Origin: a virus
DNA length: 43,788 nt
Virus record (IMG/VR): IMGVR_UViG_3300045988_075868
Strand: one strand, 5' to 3'
Part shown: one piece after another, positions 7,097 through 16,889 of the stretch
Position numbering within the stretch: the first letter of the stretch is position 1
Layout of the letters: the number at the start of each line of letters is the position of its first letter
Made by a program: the position numbers and the translations under genes
Notes under the pieces: model-generated
The model's input: the letters and a program-made list of their open reading frames with translations, nothing else
Database searches by the model: none
Told to the model about the DNA's origin: nothing

Positions 7097-7263
7097 ACGC
7101 CCACCTCCTGTGCCATAGCGGCCACCTTATCCAGAAGTGCGTCTATCTCTTCCCCACTGTATTTGCTGGTGTAGTAGCTCGTGGGTGTTTCCTCTGCAAG
7201 CGCCTGTAACTCCATGGTAGAAATCCTCTGTTCCAGGGCGGACAGCCTCTCTTCTATTGTCAT
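7093..7263 (-). CDS. Small coiled-coil protein (56 aa, MTIEERLSALEQRISTMELQALAEE...)
   Basis: ATG is preceded by GAGGTGAGATACC. ATGA overlap with the next gene. It is too short for the ORF track. Confidence 0.5.
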   Translation of the reverse strand: MTIEERLSALEQRISTMELQALAEETPTSYYTSKYSGEEIDALLDKVAAMAQEVGV

Positions 7264-7274
7264 GGTATCTCACC

Positions 7275-9545
7275 TCACACGACGAATCTTCGGCCCAGCT
7301 TGTCCAGAATAAAGCGGCCAGTGCGGTCCATTATTGGGCCGTTTTGGGTTTCTTTCGGAACGGAATAGTAGAGAATAATCAGGCCATCTCCGCCCTCGCC
7401 ACCTTGACTTGGCAATCCGCCTTCTCCTGGGTCAGCGGTGGTGGAACTCAAATTATAGGACCCGACCGGCGATCCATCGCTGCCGCTAAATGTCCCCGCC
7501 GCACCAATAGAGCTTCCACCGCCACCTCCATAGCCTCCGCGGCCTCCGTTTCCATTAAGAGCCTTTTTAGGGACTATAGCCGCATCCGCGCCTTTCAGTC
7601 CATTTGTTGCGTAGGCCCGTGCTGTAATGGTTGTTTTGGAACTGTTTCTGGAAACAGTAAATCTACCCAGCGCTGTGCCATTTTTGCCTGCTGCACCGGC
7701 TGCCGCACCGGACCCAAGCGCATACGATACTTCTGCGCCAGCGTATCCATCTCCAAGGTCCCCGTTAAAGCTGGCCTGGTCGCCATCTCCATCTAATTTT
7801 GGAGGCTCTGTGTTGTCGCGTGTTTTCGTTGTTCCCCCAGGCCAAAATGTCCCATCTTCATCTGTCACCCCGGCAGATGGAGTAAAGTGAAAACCATCCT
7901 GAGCCGTAGAATTTTCCCTGTCTTCAGCGGTCGTGCCTGCCCCGTCTCCTCCGGCGATTCCTTGAAGGCCGGTCGTTGCGTAAACTTCACCGGTTATGAT
8001 GTCCGTATAACCAAACTCAGATGAGCTGCCTAAATCGGATGAGATATCTCCAAGTGTTGTTGCGCTCCCTTCATTCCCTTCGGCTTCCGGATTTGATTCA
8101 TCGTAAGTGGCACCAGTTCCGCCGGGTCCGCAACTATACTCCAACTCATCGATGACAGATAGGTCCATCTCTCCACGGTAGATTTTCCCGCCATGTCCTG
8201 GAGCTCCGCCTTCTCCTCCTTTTCCCCCTTCTCCTGGGTGCTTACCACTGTACCGGGTATTTATACCGAGTAATGAGTATGAAAACGAGAGCGTAGTAGC
8301 GGAACCGGGCTCCCCCTTTTTACCAGCTCTGCCTCCCTGGCCAGGCCCTATCAGGACATATTCGATTCGAGTGACCCCGGCAGGCTTTTTCCATGTCCCT
8401 GAACCTGTCAAAACAACACGCTCGGTAATATATCCCGTTTCCGGTTTCGGCGGCACAAATCCAACCAGCAACGTTTCGTCCGCTTTCAACGTGTTGGACA
8501 GGTTGATGTCAGCGGATTCCAGACAGGCGGTGACTCCCGTTTTGTCATAAGGATGCCATGTCGCAACACGGTTACCCGGCACCTCTCCTTGGTATACAAT
8601 AGGAGCCTGTATTGTTTCGGTCCATTGGAAATAATTAGCCAGCCGCTCCGCTACCGCCGTTGAATTTACCAGACTAACCAGTGTTGCGTTCTTCACCGTT
8701 TTAATGTTAGGCTCTGCCGCCTCAGATACATCCCTTACCACCTCTCTGGTATTATGGATATACGCCCTCCCTTTCAGCGTGCCAGAGCCGCCAGAAACCT
8801 TTGCGTAGTTGGCCCCGCTCTCCAAGATAGAGAAGCCATCAGCAACCAGCTCATACATCGGGCTATTAAATGTGATAATATCCCCTTGCTGGGCAGTTCC
8901 TTCAAACAGCTTGGTTTCCTCTCCGCCCTCCACATATTGGTGTTCTGTGACTACCACCTGGGTTATTTTTGCTGTTTCCGGGGCTTTCGCTCCCACCAGC
9001 ATATAATCCTCATTGATATTTCCAGAGATGCCATCCCACAGGCTTTCAATGCGTAAAACGCCATCCAAATCCGTTTTGATCCATGCTCCAATCGCTATCA
9101 GGACTTGGACCAGGTTGTCCCGCTGTGTAGCAACAGGCAGCCAACCATATAGCTTAACGTCTGCGTATTTGTTTTGGATTGAAAAAGGGACTGTACCACA
9201 GATGCTGGCAATAACTTCCTGCGCTGTTTGCCCGGTGTATATTCCTCCATAATGTTGTCCCTCAGTTAAAATACCAATGGCGGATGTAGCGTAAAGACTA
9301 TATCTGCTAGGACCAACTCGCTCTCCTTCTTGAAGGTAAAATATCCCTCGCTGGGCGCCATTGTAGATCCATTTTAAGGGTGTATTTCGAGCGAATCCAA
9401 TAAACACTCCATCCGGGTCACGGGCCTCGGCGGATAGTGTATTGACCTCCAGAGAGGAGGAGCGGAGAGACATAGCTATATGTACATTTCCCGAAAAGAT
9501 ATCCTTTTGGTAAAATGTCTTTCCGTTATAAACAAGCTGATTCAT
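7275..9545 (-). CDS. Large tail protein (siphovirus tail-component-like N-terminal domain, glycine-rich C-terminal regions)
   Basis: 756 aa. Gly-rich runs GPGQGGRAGKKGEPG, GEGGKGGEGGAPGHGG and GRGGYGGGGGSS. Start moved to ATG 9545, which makes an ATGA overlap with 9542..9934. Confidence 0.65.
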   Translation of the reverse strand: MNQLVYNGKTFYQKDIFSGNVHIAMSLRSSSLEVNTLSAEARDPDGVFIGFARNTPLKWIYNGAQRGIFYLQEGERVGPSRYSLYATSAIGILTEGQHYGGIYTGQTAQEVIASICGTVPFSIQNKYADVKLYGWLPVATQRDNLVQVLIAIGAWIKTDLDGVLRIESLWDGISGNINEDYMLVGAKAPETAKITQVVVTEHQYVEGGEETKLFEGTAQQGDIITFNSPMYELVADGFSILESGANYAKVSGGSGTLKGRAYIHNTREVVRDVSEAAEPNIKTVKNATLVSLVNSTAVAERLANYFQWTETIQAPIVYQGEVPGNRVATWHPYDKTGVTACLESADINLSNTLKADETLLVGFVPPKPETGYITERVVLTGSGTWKKPAGVTRIEYVLIGPGQGGRAGKKGEPGSATTLSFSYSLLGINTRYSGKHPGEGGKGGEGGAPGHGGKIYRGEMDLSVIDELEYSCGPGGTGATYDESNPEAEGNEGSATTLGDISSDLGSSSEFGYTDIITGEVYATTGLQGIAGGDGAGTTAEDRENSTAQDGFHFTPSAGVTDEDGTFWPGGTTKTRDNTEPPKLDGDGDQASFNGDLGDGYAGAEVSYALGSGAAAGAAGKNGTALGRFTVSRNSSKTTITARAYATNGLKGADAAIVPKKALNGNGGRGGYGGGGGSSIGAAGTFSGSDGSPVGSYNLSSTTADPGEGGLPSQGGEGGDGLIILYYSVPKETQNGPIMDRTGRFILDKLGRRFVV

Positions 9546-9934
9546 GTCGGCACCTTCTTTGGCTCCCTGGCGTAAAATGTGACGGTCAAACCGCCCCAGC
9601 AAGTCCCATCATCCATATATTCCACCGTATCCTCAACAACCTCGATATAGGCTTCATAAGATAGTGTGGTTTGCCCGTATGGCACCACAACAGTGTGACT
9701 ATCCACCGGGGATATCAGTACCTCATAAAGAGAGTCATAGTCATCACGGCTCATCCCATCAGCAGAAAGTTGGAATGTGTAGTCAAAAAAAGTCCCCTGG
9801 AGGTCCCTCCAGTGATAACCGGAAAGAGCGTTGTCCGCATTTGGCCCATCTGAGAGTCTGGCTTTACGGGCAATAGATTCTACGCCTACGTTGTATCCAA
9901 CCCCGTCTATGGTGAAAATATTATCCATAGCCAC
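9542..9934 (-). CDS. Distal-tail-like protein (short)
   Basis: Position immediately after the tape measure gene. No motif recognised. Confidence 0.45.
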   Translation of the reverse strand: MAMDNIFTIDGVGYNVGVESIARKARLSDGPNADNALSGYHWRDLQGTFFDYTFQLSADGMSRDDYDSLYEVLISPVDSHTVVVPYGQTTLSYEAYIEVVEDTVEYMDDGTCWGGLTVTFYAREPKKVPT

Positions 9935-9935
9935 C

Positions 9936-11822
9936 TCACTCCACCAAATCTGTACCGCTTCTACGGTCCTCGTCCCTTAGATAAGGCCGCAAAAACATTG
10001 ATGCTTCTCTCGGATAGAAGCCAATGTCCAGTTTGACTCGTTGTGAACTGTTCCCATAAACCTCACCGCTCTTGTTTGTATCAGCAGTTTCTCGGACGGT
10101 CGTAGCCGCCACCGAACCGGGGACCATTCCGTCGTTAACTAAGGTAACACGCCGCTCAATATTAGGCATAGCACGCTCTAACTCGCTAAGTACATCTAGT
10201 CTGGATACAGCAGATTTGACAGAGGCTGCGTTTCCCTCCAGCCCGTTCGCTATCCCTTGGTCAATATTCTTGCCCAGTCGCTCCCCTCGCTTAGACGGAG
10301 AATGCACCTCTGCTTCTTTCTCGGCGGTTCCAAAAATCGCATCTATGACAGAACCTATGGCGTCTACCACATTCCCGACCATGGACAAGAATCCATCTAT
10401 CAGGCCCTGGATGATATTGGCTCCAATGTCAAACAGCATTTGTGGCAACTGGGCAAACCCATCCAAAATAGCTTTAACTACATCAGGAAGCGCAAGCACA
10501 ATGCTTGGAATCGCACTTATGATGCCGTAAACTAGAGCAGTAAGAATTTTGACGCCGGTTCCAATTATTTCAGGAAGATTCTCTACGATAAAATCGATAA
10601 TGGATGTAAGTATCTGCGGGAGATTTTCCATCAAAATTGGAATTGCGGAAACAATCCCATCTATCAGACTTATAAGAATGTCGGCCCCTGTATCTAAAAT
10701 AGAGGGAAGATTTTCAGTAATGTATCCAGAAATTGACGATATGATTTCCGGCAGCTTTTCGACAAGGGCCGGAATGCCCTTTTGAATCCCATCCGCAATG
10801 TATTGCAGTAATTCTAGTCCCGCATCTAATAGGGACGGGGCCAGCTCTACTAAAGCATTAAATATCTCTCCCACCACTTGGACCATTCCGTCCAAAAGTG
10901 TAGGAAGATTATCAATAATACCCTGTAAAATAGCCTGGAGGACATCCACACCAAAGGATAGAAACTCCGGGAGCTTTTCCACAAGAGCCGTGACCATCTC
11001 GCCGATGGCCTGAGAAAGCGCTTCATCCGCTCCCTCTACTCCGTTTACAAGATCATTGAATGCTGTGACAACGCTGGAGATGGATGGAAGAAACTCAGAC
11101 AGAAGATTATTTTTTACACGGGATACAGTCTCTCCCAGTTGGGCCAGGGTATCATCAAGCAGTATCTGGTTTTCCCTGGCTTGAATCAGCGCCTCATTGT
11201 TCCGGTAGAACGCTTCGCTCGCTTCGTCATAGGTAGCGGCCAGGGTGTCCATGATCAGCTGGTTACGTTCGCTTTCTGAAGTGCATTCGGCCAGCTTTTC
11301 GTTAAACTCATCCTCAGAGATACCGGCCCAGTTCAAGGCGTCAGCCAAGTTTCCCGTGACCTGCCCGACCTTCGCCGTCTCGTTGGCGCTCTCGATCAGC
11401 CCCTCAATGGGGAGAGAATCACCGAAGGTGCCGAACACGCCAGCGGCGATATCGGTCCATGTGGATACATCCTCTTCATTCTCCGCCAGCTTTGCCAAAA
11501 GCTGGGAAGCTTCGGTGGCTGTGTCTGTATCCCCCAGAATCTTATAAAAGTCACTGTACGCCTTGGAGGCTGTTTCAGGTCCATATCCCGCCGCCTCAAA
11601 GGCGGTATTCAATTTACCTTGGGCGACTCGGTATTCTTCGGTAGCAGATTCCAGGGCTAGGAGTCCGGTCACTGCGCCAGTTGCGGCGGTAGCTACTCCT
11701 CCAATGGCCGCTACAGTTCCTTTCAGCGCCGTCTTGGCAACGCCACCCAACTTGGATAAGCCAGACTTAAAACCGCTTTCGTCGATATCTGTTCCGATTT
11801 TTACAGTGCCATCGTTCTCCAA
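9936..11822 (-). CDS. Tail tape measure protein
   Basis: 628 aa, helical, with low-complexity repeats (LPEI/LPSI..I..I). Sits between the chaperone genes and the distal tail genes. Confidence 0.85.
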   Translation of the reverse strand: MENDGTVKIGTDIDESGFKSGLSKLGGVAKTALKGTVAAIGGVATAATGAVTGLLALESATEEYRVAQGKLNTAFEAAGYGPETASKAYSDFYKILGDTDTATEASQLLAKLAENEEDVSTWTDIAAGVFGTFGDSLPIEGLIESANETAKVGQVTGNLADALNWAGISEDEFNEKLAECTSESERNQLIMDTLAATYDEASEAFYRNNEALIQARENQILLDDTLAQLGETVSRVKNNLLSEFLPSISSVVTAFNDLVNGVEGADEALSQAIGEMVTALVEKLPEFLSFGVDVLQAILQGIIDNLPTLLDGMVQVVGEIFNALVELAPSLLDAGLELLQYIADGIQKGIPALVEKLPEIISSISGYITENLPSILDTGADILISLIDGIVSAIPILMENLPQILTSIIDFIVENLPEIIGTGVKILTALVYGIISAIPSIVLALPDVVKAILDGFAQLPQMLFDIGANIIQGLIDGFLSMVGNVVDAIGSVIDAIFGTAEKEAEVHSPSKRGERLGKNIDQGIANGLEGNAASVKSAVSRLDVLSELERAMPNIERRVTLVNDGMVPGSVAATTVRETADTNKSGEVYGNSSQRVKLDIGFYPREASMFLRPYLRDEDRRSGTDLVE

Positions 11823-11903
11823 TCATGCCACCTCCTGTGGCTATGGCACTACGGCACTTTCAGCTCAAATATTTTTTTGCAGATCTTGCACTTCAACCAT
11901 AGG

Positions 11904-12536
11904 TCATTTGCTCGTGCTTTCGGACCCAGCATCACCCGACTGTCCACTACTCCGCAGTACGGACAAATGGGCTTGCGCTTCTTCGTATCTTCGTTTGACA
12001 TAATCTTTCATGTCCTGTTCTGTCTTATAGCCTGTGTTTCCAGTCCCAAGAGAGTAGCGTGATTTCATTTCCCGGTAGAACTGTTTTTGCTGCTTTGGGA
12101 CATCCTTCAAATCTACTGTTCGGTAGGCCATGATCCGGCAGATCTCACAGTCTTGGGGAAGAGATTTGAACAGTGCTTTGAACCGCCACCAATGCAATTT
12201 TGCTGTGCTTAAATCTATCCCATAGCACTCCCAAAAAGCGGAGAAAATAAACTCGCTGTCCTGCTCAAAGTCAAATGCCTGTGGACGATTTTTCCCCTGT
12301 CCCGCTTTCTCTTGTGAAGCAGCAGAATAAAATTCCAGCATGGCCTCCAGTGTATTATTGGAGGGCGGAAGGCCCAGAGAAGTCATGAACTCACAGAGCC
12401 GTTCCGCTTTCTTGTTGTCTGTATCCTTCGCCAAAAGAAGTCCCTGAAACTCAATCCAGCGGCGGAAATCCGTATCTATGGGGTATCGTACCTCATCAAC
12501 TTCAATCTCCTTTGGCGGCTCCCAATACAGGCTCAT
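11904..12536 (-). CDS. Tail assembly chaperone, Gp15-like (T-like partner)
   Basis: Synteny. Its ATG overlaps the stop of the upstream chaperone inside an A6 run. Confidence 0.55.
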   Translation of the reverse strand: MSLYWEPPKEIEVDEVRYPIDTDFRRWIEFQGLLLAKDTDNKKAERLCEFMTSLGLPPSNNTLEAMLEFYSAASQEKAGQGKNRPQAFDFEQDSEFIFSAFWECYGIDLSTAKLHWWRFKALFKSLPQDCEICRIMAYRTVDLKDVPKQQKQFYREMKSRYSLGTGNTGYKTEQDMKDYVKRRYEEAQAHLSVLRSSGQSGDAGSESTSK

Positions 12537-12892
12537 TTTTTCAGATTCTGTAGGGTGAGCAGCTTCTGTACCTCCGGTCGGTTCAGTGCTTCCCTGGCTT
12601 CCGCCAGCTTCGCTTCCATTCTTGCTTTCCGTGCGGGTGCGTCATAAGCCGCAATAATGTCCTCACACGCCTTCATCAATTCGTTTGTATCTACCTCTTC
12701 CACTCCGGGCAAAGAGCCGGGAGCAAGATCCAAAACGAACATATGGAGCCGCTGGACAGCCTCCCGGCGGGTGATCTCACCACTACGGTACTCCTGATCG
12801 ATTTTTGCCACAGATTCGATCTTATCATCCACGGACAATGTTCTAGCGGGTAACTCATAGGTCTTTCCTTGGATGGTAACTTTGTAATTCAT
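12533..12892 (-). CDS. Tail assembly chaperone (G-like)
   Basis: Position between the major tail and tape measure genes. Ends in CTG AAA AAA TGA. Confidence 0.55.
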   Translation of the reverse strand: MNYKVTIQGKTYELPARTLSVDDKIESVAKIDQEYRSGEITRREAVQRLHMFVLDLAPGSLPGVEEVDTNELMKACEDIIAAYDAPARKARMEAKLAEAREALNRPEVQKLLTLQNLKK

Positions 12893-12904
12893 GTTGTTCT
12901 CTCC

Positions 12905-13402
12905 TTAGACAGCAGAATATGTGTACTCTGTGGGGGCAGTTCCAACGCTCCGCAGGTCTACGGAAATAGCGGAGTTTTCGCCAGCATTTCCGCCGCCATC
13001 AGAATTGACGATGATGGAAACGGTGCCCTTCTCTCCCTTACCAGTCAGCAGGGAGAAATAGACATAGGGCACAACGACCTTCTGACCCACGCCGTGGGCG
13101 ATATCCAGGCCAAAGCAGTAGTCCTGGAAAGCGTCGCCAATGTAGCGGTCGCCGGTGATGGCAAAGGTGCGCTGTGTGCCAGTCTTGGAGGTGGACAGTC
13201 CCGTTCGGATATACTGTTTGTCCTGGGTAACGGGGTTCATCTGTGGGTCCAAGCCAGCAATGCCCATCTGCACAACGGTATAGTCCTTCTCCGTGGTGGC
13301 CTCCTCTCCAATCCCGACTGCCAATACCCAATCATCGTTGGTAGCAAAGCCAGCAAATTCATCATTCGGAGTATATCCGGCCATTAATTCAGATACTTTC
13401 AT
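12905..13402 (-). CDS. Major tail protein
   Basis: 165 aa and beta-rich, directly upstream of the chaperone pair. Confidence 0.65.
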   Translation of the reverse strand: MKVSELMAGYTPNDEFAGFATNDDWVLAVGIGEEATTEKDYTVVQMGIAGLDPQMNPVTQDKQYIRTGLSTSKTGTQRTFAITGDRYIGDAFQDYCFGLDIAHGVGQKVVVPYVYFSLLTGKGEKGTVSIIVNSDGGGNAGENSAISVDLRSVGTAPTEYTYSAV

Positions 13403-13836
13403 GCTTTCACTCCTTCTGTATAATACCTAACCCTGACCTGGAACATATAGCGGGCGACGGTGCCCGCCTCATTCACCCCGGCCAGATTCGGCATATTTTG
13501 TAGATTTTCAATACTTAGCACCTTACATCCCTGGAATTTAGGGAAGTTTCGTGATCTGTTCTGCTCATCGATCCAGTCCATAAAGTCCTGAACAATCTGC
13601 GCCTGCTCTGCGTTGACATCGCTTGTGCCTTGGTCCTGGGGCAGCATCTGCACAACGGCGAACTCATAGACCTTGATCCCCACGTCCCGAATGAACCGCT
13701 TCTCCCACACGTCGCTGTACACCGTTTCAACGCTGACACGCCCCGCCTTATCTGTGGCGCTGTTGAAATAGAGGAAGGACTTCACGGCGGGGCACTGCTC
13801 CAGAAATTCGAGAATTTCTTTATTTTTGTTCGCCAT
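13399..13836 (-). CDS. Tail completion / head-tail joining protein
   Basis: Synteny and overlapping start/stop with the major tail gene. Confidence 0.5.
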   Translation of the reverse strand: MANKNKEILEFLEQCPAVKSFLYFNSATDKAGRVSVETVYSDVWEKRFIRDVGIKVYEFAVVQMLPQDQGTSDVNAEQAQIVQDFMDWIDEQNRSRNFPKFQGCKVLSIENLQNMPNLAGVNEAGTVARYMFQVRVRYYTEGVKA

Positions 13837-13840
13837 AAAA

Positions 13841-14230
13841 TCACTTCCTCTTGATGTACTGTTCGATATCCTCCGCTAGTCTGTCGCCTTTAGCTTTCAT
13901 GGCAGCCCGTTCCCAGTGGGAGGTCGTCCCTGGTGTATGGTATTCTAACGGCTTGCCAGATGGATATTTTGATTCGTTTTTCTTTGCGTAGCTGCTTCCG
14001 TTTTCGGCCAGGTACAGTTCCCCCTCCCATTGATAGTGAGCATAGGGAGATTTGTAATGTACGAAATCTTTTGTGACATCTATGTTTACATTGAGTTGCC
14101 CTCCACTTCCACCTGGAACATATTGTGAGCAATAGGCGTGGAGTCGTGTATTGGCATATTTCCTGACATCATCCGAAAAAATGCGCTTGAAGGTTTTATT
14201 CGGATTGAAAATCTCAACACTGATATTCAT
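13841..14230 (-). CDS. Head-tail joining protein (minor capsid-type)
   Basis: Start moved from 14413 to ATG 14230, which makes an ATGA overlap with 14227..14622. The N-terminal extension in the track is Arg/Gly-rich and implausible. Confidence 0.5.
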   Translation of the reverse strand: MNISVEIFNPNKTFKRIFSDDVRKYANTRLHAYCSQYVPGGSGGQLNVNIDVTKDFVHYKSPYAHYQWEGELYLAENGSSYAKKNESKYPSGKPLEYHTPGTTSHWERAAMKAKGDRLAEDIEQYIKRK

Positions 14231-14622
14231 ACGCCCTCCAGGTGGATGTGTCCCAATGGAAGCCTTGTGTTGTCCCGGACGGAACGGACGGTCATGAACT
14301 CGTATCGTCCCGCCACCGCCCGCACATTGTCCGGGGTCACATTTTCCTCTACCTTCCCATGTACCACGATGTCGCCAACAGAGGCTGTAAAGCCGGTCAT
14401 GTCGCCTTTCCACTCCTGGTATGGGTGGTAATCCGGCGATTCCGGGATACGGACCGTAACCGTCTGCCCCAACGACACATCAGCGCCCGACACACTCCTC
14501 ACGGTGGTTCGGACAAACACGCAGCCGGTCAACACGGTCATTTTCCAGGCATCCAGGCCGTCCCCGTCCTCCGCAGCACGGCGGTTCAGAATAGTCACGG
14601 TATCACGAAACAGCGGCGTCAT
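14227..14622 (-). CDS. Head closure / head-tail joining protein
   Basis: Synteny and overlapping gene ends. Confidence 0.5.
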   Translation of the reverse strand: MTPLFRDTVTILNRRAAEDGDGLDAWKMTVLTGCVFVRTTVRSVSGADVSLGQTVTVRIPESPDYHPYQEWKGDMTGFTASVGDIVVHGKVEENVTPDNVRAVAGRYEFMTVRSVRDNTRLPLGHIHLEGV

Positions 14623-14963
14623 ATCCCAACCTCCAGGCTGACCAGCTCAACGGGAAGTATCTCCACGATTTGGTCATACACGGAGCCCATCATCTGCTCC
14701 TCTGTCCGGGCAGAGGCATAGGTCACACTCACACCGTCGTTGCTGACGCTGGACACATCCTTTTCGCCCCGGCTGATTTTTCCCATAGCGTCGATGATGA
14801 GCACCATACAAAGCCGGATATCATCGTCTGGTCCTGTAATCCGTCCCTGCGTCCAGTAATCCAGCTTTTTTCTCGCCAGTTGCTCCAGGCGGGGGAAGGC
14901 CGATGAGTTGGCCGTCCCGCCAAGGGCTTTATACTGTTCGTATGTGATATAGCCACACATCAA
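14619..14963 (-). CDS. Head-tail connector (gp6-like adaptor)
   Basis: First gene after the major capsid gene, with the size typical of this role. Confidence 0.5.
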   Translation of the reverse strand: MMCGYITYEQYKALGGTANSSAFPRLEQLARKKLDYWTQGRITGPDDDIRLCMVLIIDAMGKISRGEKDVSSVSNDGVSVTYASARTEEQMMGSVYDQIVEILPVELVSLEVGI

Positions 14964-14981
14964 GCCTTCCCCCTCCTTCTT

Positions 14982-16154
14982 TTAGGTCTTGGCCGTCACA
15001 GTAGCGTTACCGGCATTCTGGGCCTTATAGGTGCTGTCAGCTTCTACAACGGTGATCTTATGGCCGGTGGTGGCAGTAATGTCAGACACGCCGTCCCAAG
15101 TAGTCCAGTTCCGCACACTCTGACCGTAAGTAACTACCGGAGCCGTAGAGGGGTCAGTTTTGTACTTGTACACGTTGGTGGGGGACTCCTTTATGGGAGT
15201 AACTGTCAGCTTGGTATCGCCGGATGCGGTTCCCGCCGCACTCTGCACCGTCAGCGTCCCCAGGGTGGGAGTGCTGTCCACATCAATGACCGCGATCCCG
15301 TCCAGATACTCGGCAAACAGGGTCATGCCCATGATGGCAAAGCTCTCGGACACGGCAGTGTGGTAGTTGCCCTCCACATGGAAGCCGATCAGATTCGTCT
15401 CACCATCCGTGGTATAGACCAGGCCAGCCCTTGCAAAGTCACTGGTAGACGGGTCCACATAATACAGAACAATATTCTCCACGGGGGTGGCAATCACTCG
15501 GCCACGGGGGATTTCCTCGTCAGACAGCAGGAACACAGTGGAGAAGCCCATAAAGTTCTGCACATACTGGAAGCCGAAAGCTGTCTGGACGGTGATGTTG
15601 GCGTCGCCCAGATAGTCGTAGAGGTCCAGGACATTGGCAAATCCCACTACATTGGTGACGGTCCGGTGGATCTGCTTGAACTTATTGATAACCAGGCCCT
15701 TGGCCATGGCGAGGGCTCTTTGCCAGGTGGTTTCAGAGCTGGCAAGTTTGCCGGTGTTCAAGTAGGCGTAGAAGCGGCGGGTCACGTTGTCCTGCAATTC
15801 ATACAGGAATGCGTCGTCCGTCATGCCAACGGCCACGTCATAGCCATAGGTCTTAATGGCCTCGATAGAAACAGCCTTGGCATACTTCTCCACAGTCATC
15901 TCTTCGTAGGGGGTCTCAATGACTGTGGCCTTAGAGTAAGGAATTTCCTCGCCCTCTCCCACGTTTCCGCTCTGAAGGGTAACAGAAGCAGTCTTACTCT
16001 TTAGAATAGCGCCGGGCTCTTTGCGGATAGGGCGCATGATGCCCAGGACCTCCCGCAGGTGCTCCCAGTTGCGGGCAAAGCGGGTCACAAAGTCAATGAC
16101 ACGCGCGGTAGCCTGGATGTCGGACGATTTGGTCAAATTATCTTTTGCTGCCAT
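14982..16154 (-). CDS. Major capsid protein with a C-terminal Ig-like decoration domain
   Basis: Follows the scaffold gene. C-terminus LTVQSAAGTASGDTKLTVTP...ITVVEADSTYKAQNAGNATVTAK resembles Big_2. Codon 16166 in the track is TTG, so ATG 16154 is preferred as the start. Confidence 0.8.
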   Translation of the reverse strand: MAAKDNLTKSSDIQATARVIDFVTRFARNWEHLREVLGIMRPIRKEPGAILKSKTASVTLQSGNVGEGEEIPYSKATVIETPYEEMTVEKYAKAVSIEAIKTYGYDVAVGMTDDAFLYELQDNVTRRFYAYLNTGKLASSETTWQRALAMAKGLVINKFKQIHRTVTNVVGFANVLDLYDYLGDANITVQTAFGFQYVQNFMGFSTVFLLSDEEIPRGRVIATPVENIVLYYVDPSTSDFARAGLVYTTDGETNLIGFHVEGNYHTAVSESFAIMGMTLFAEYLDGIAVIDVDSTPTLGTLTVQSAAGTASGDTKLTVTPIKESPTNVYKYKTDPSTAPVVTYGQSVRNWTTWDGVSDITATTGHKITVVEADSTYKAQNAGNATVTAKT

Positions 16155-16162
16155 AATCTTTA

Positions 16163-16771
16163 TCAATCCTTTCTAAACAGGTCTAAATGTTCGGCAATAG
16201 CGGCCTGACGCTCTGAGGCATCTTTAATACTCATGATCTGGTCCTTAGTCATATTGCCGCTGGTGTCGGTTTTGGTAACTCCGGCGATCTTCAACGGTTC
16301 ATGCTGTGGGTTCTTGAAAATGCCGTCCACGTCTTTGGTCATGTCGGAAAACAGGTCAGCGGGCTTTTTGCCTTTGTTTGCTGGGTCTTGGATGGCCTTT
16401 TTCAACTCCCCCAAAAAATGGGTGCGTGTATACTCGTTGACAAACTCCCGACCCTCGAGGGCGCTCTCTGCGGTCTGTGTGAGGATGGCGTCCACCTGCG
16501 CTTCCTTCTCCGCCTTGGCTCGATCCGCTTCGGCCTGCTTGTACTTGTCAAGCTCCGCCTGGATAGCGGCGGCGTCGCCCTTGGCCTTTTCCAAGTTGGC
16601 GATGGTCTCGTCCTTTTCGGCAAGTTGTCTTCGGAGATTTTCCAATTCGGTCTTTTGGTCCTCCGTCTTTCCCTTCACTTTTCCAATGTCACGGCTGTTT
16701 AAGTCCAAAATGCTGTTTACTTGCTCGTCCGAAATGTCCTTCAAAATTGCTTTGATCTCTTCTCTGGTCAT
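16163..16771 (-). CDS. Scaffolding protein (GP20-like)
   Basis: Charged coiled coil (ELENLRRQLAEKDETIANLEKAKGDAAAIQAELDKYKQAEADRAKAEKE). Start moved to ATG 16771, preceded by GAGGAGAAGATT. Confidence 0.75.
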   Translation of the reverse strand: MTREEIKAILKDISDEQVNSILDLNSRDIGKVKGKTEDQKTELENLRRQLAEKDETIANLEKAKGDAAAIQAELDKYKQAEADRAKAEKEAQVDAILTQTAESALEGREFVNEYTRTHFLGELKKAIQDPANKGKKPADLFSDMTKDVDGIFKNPQHEPLKIAGVTKTDTSGNMTKDQIMSIKDASERQAAIAEHLDLFRKD

Positions 16772-16889
16772 AATCTTCTCCTCTACCACTTCGCTTTTTT
16801 CTCGTGGGTCGCATCCACTGTGGCCCCGTAGTTTCTCGACTTCGGGTCGGTCAAATGTTGTATAAAATCCGCAAATACGGGTTTTACCG

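Noticed and set aside
15060-16004. 314-aa plus-strand ORF
   Set aside because: Shadow ORF antisense to the major capsid gene. It has the Gly/Arg/His-rich composition typical of the reverse frame of a GC-rich gene.
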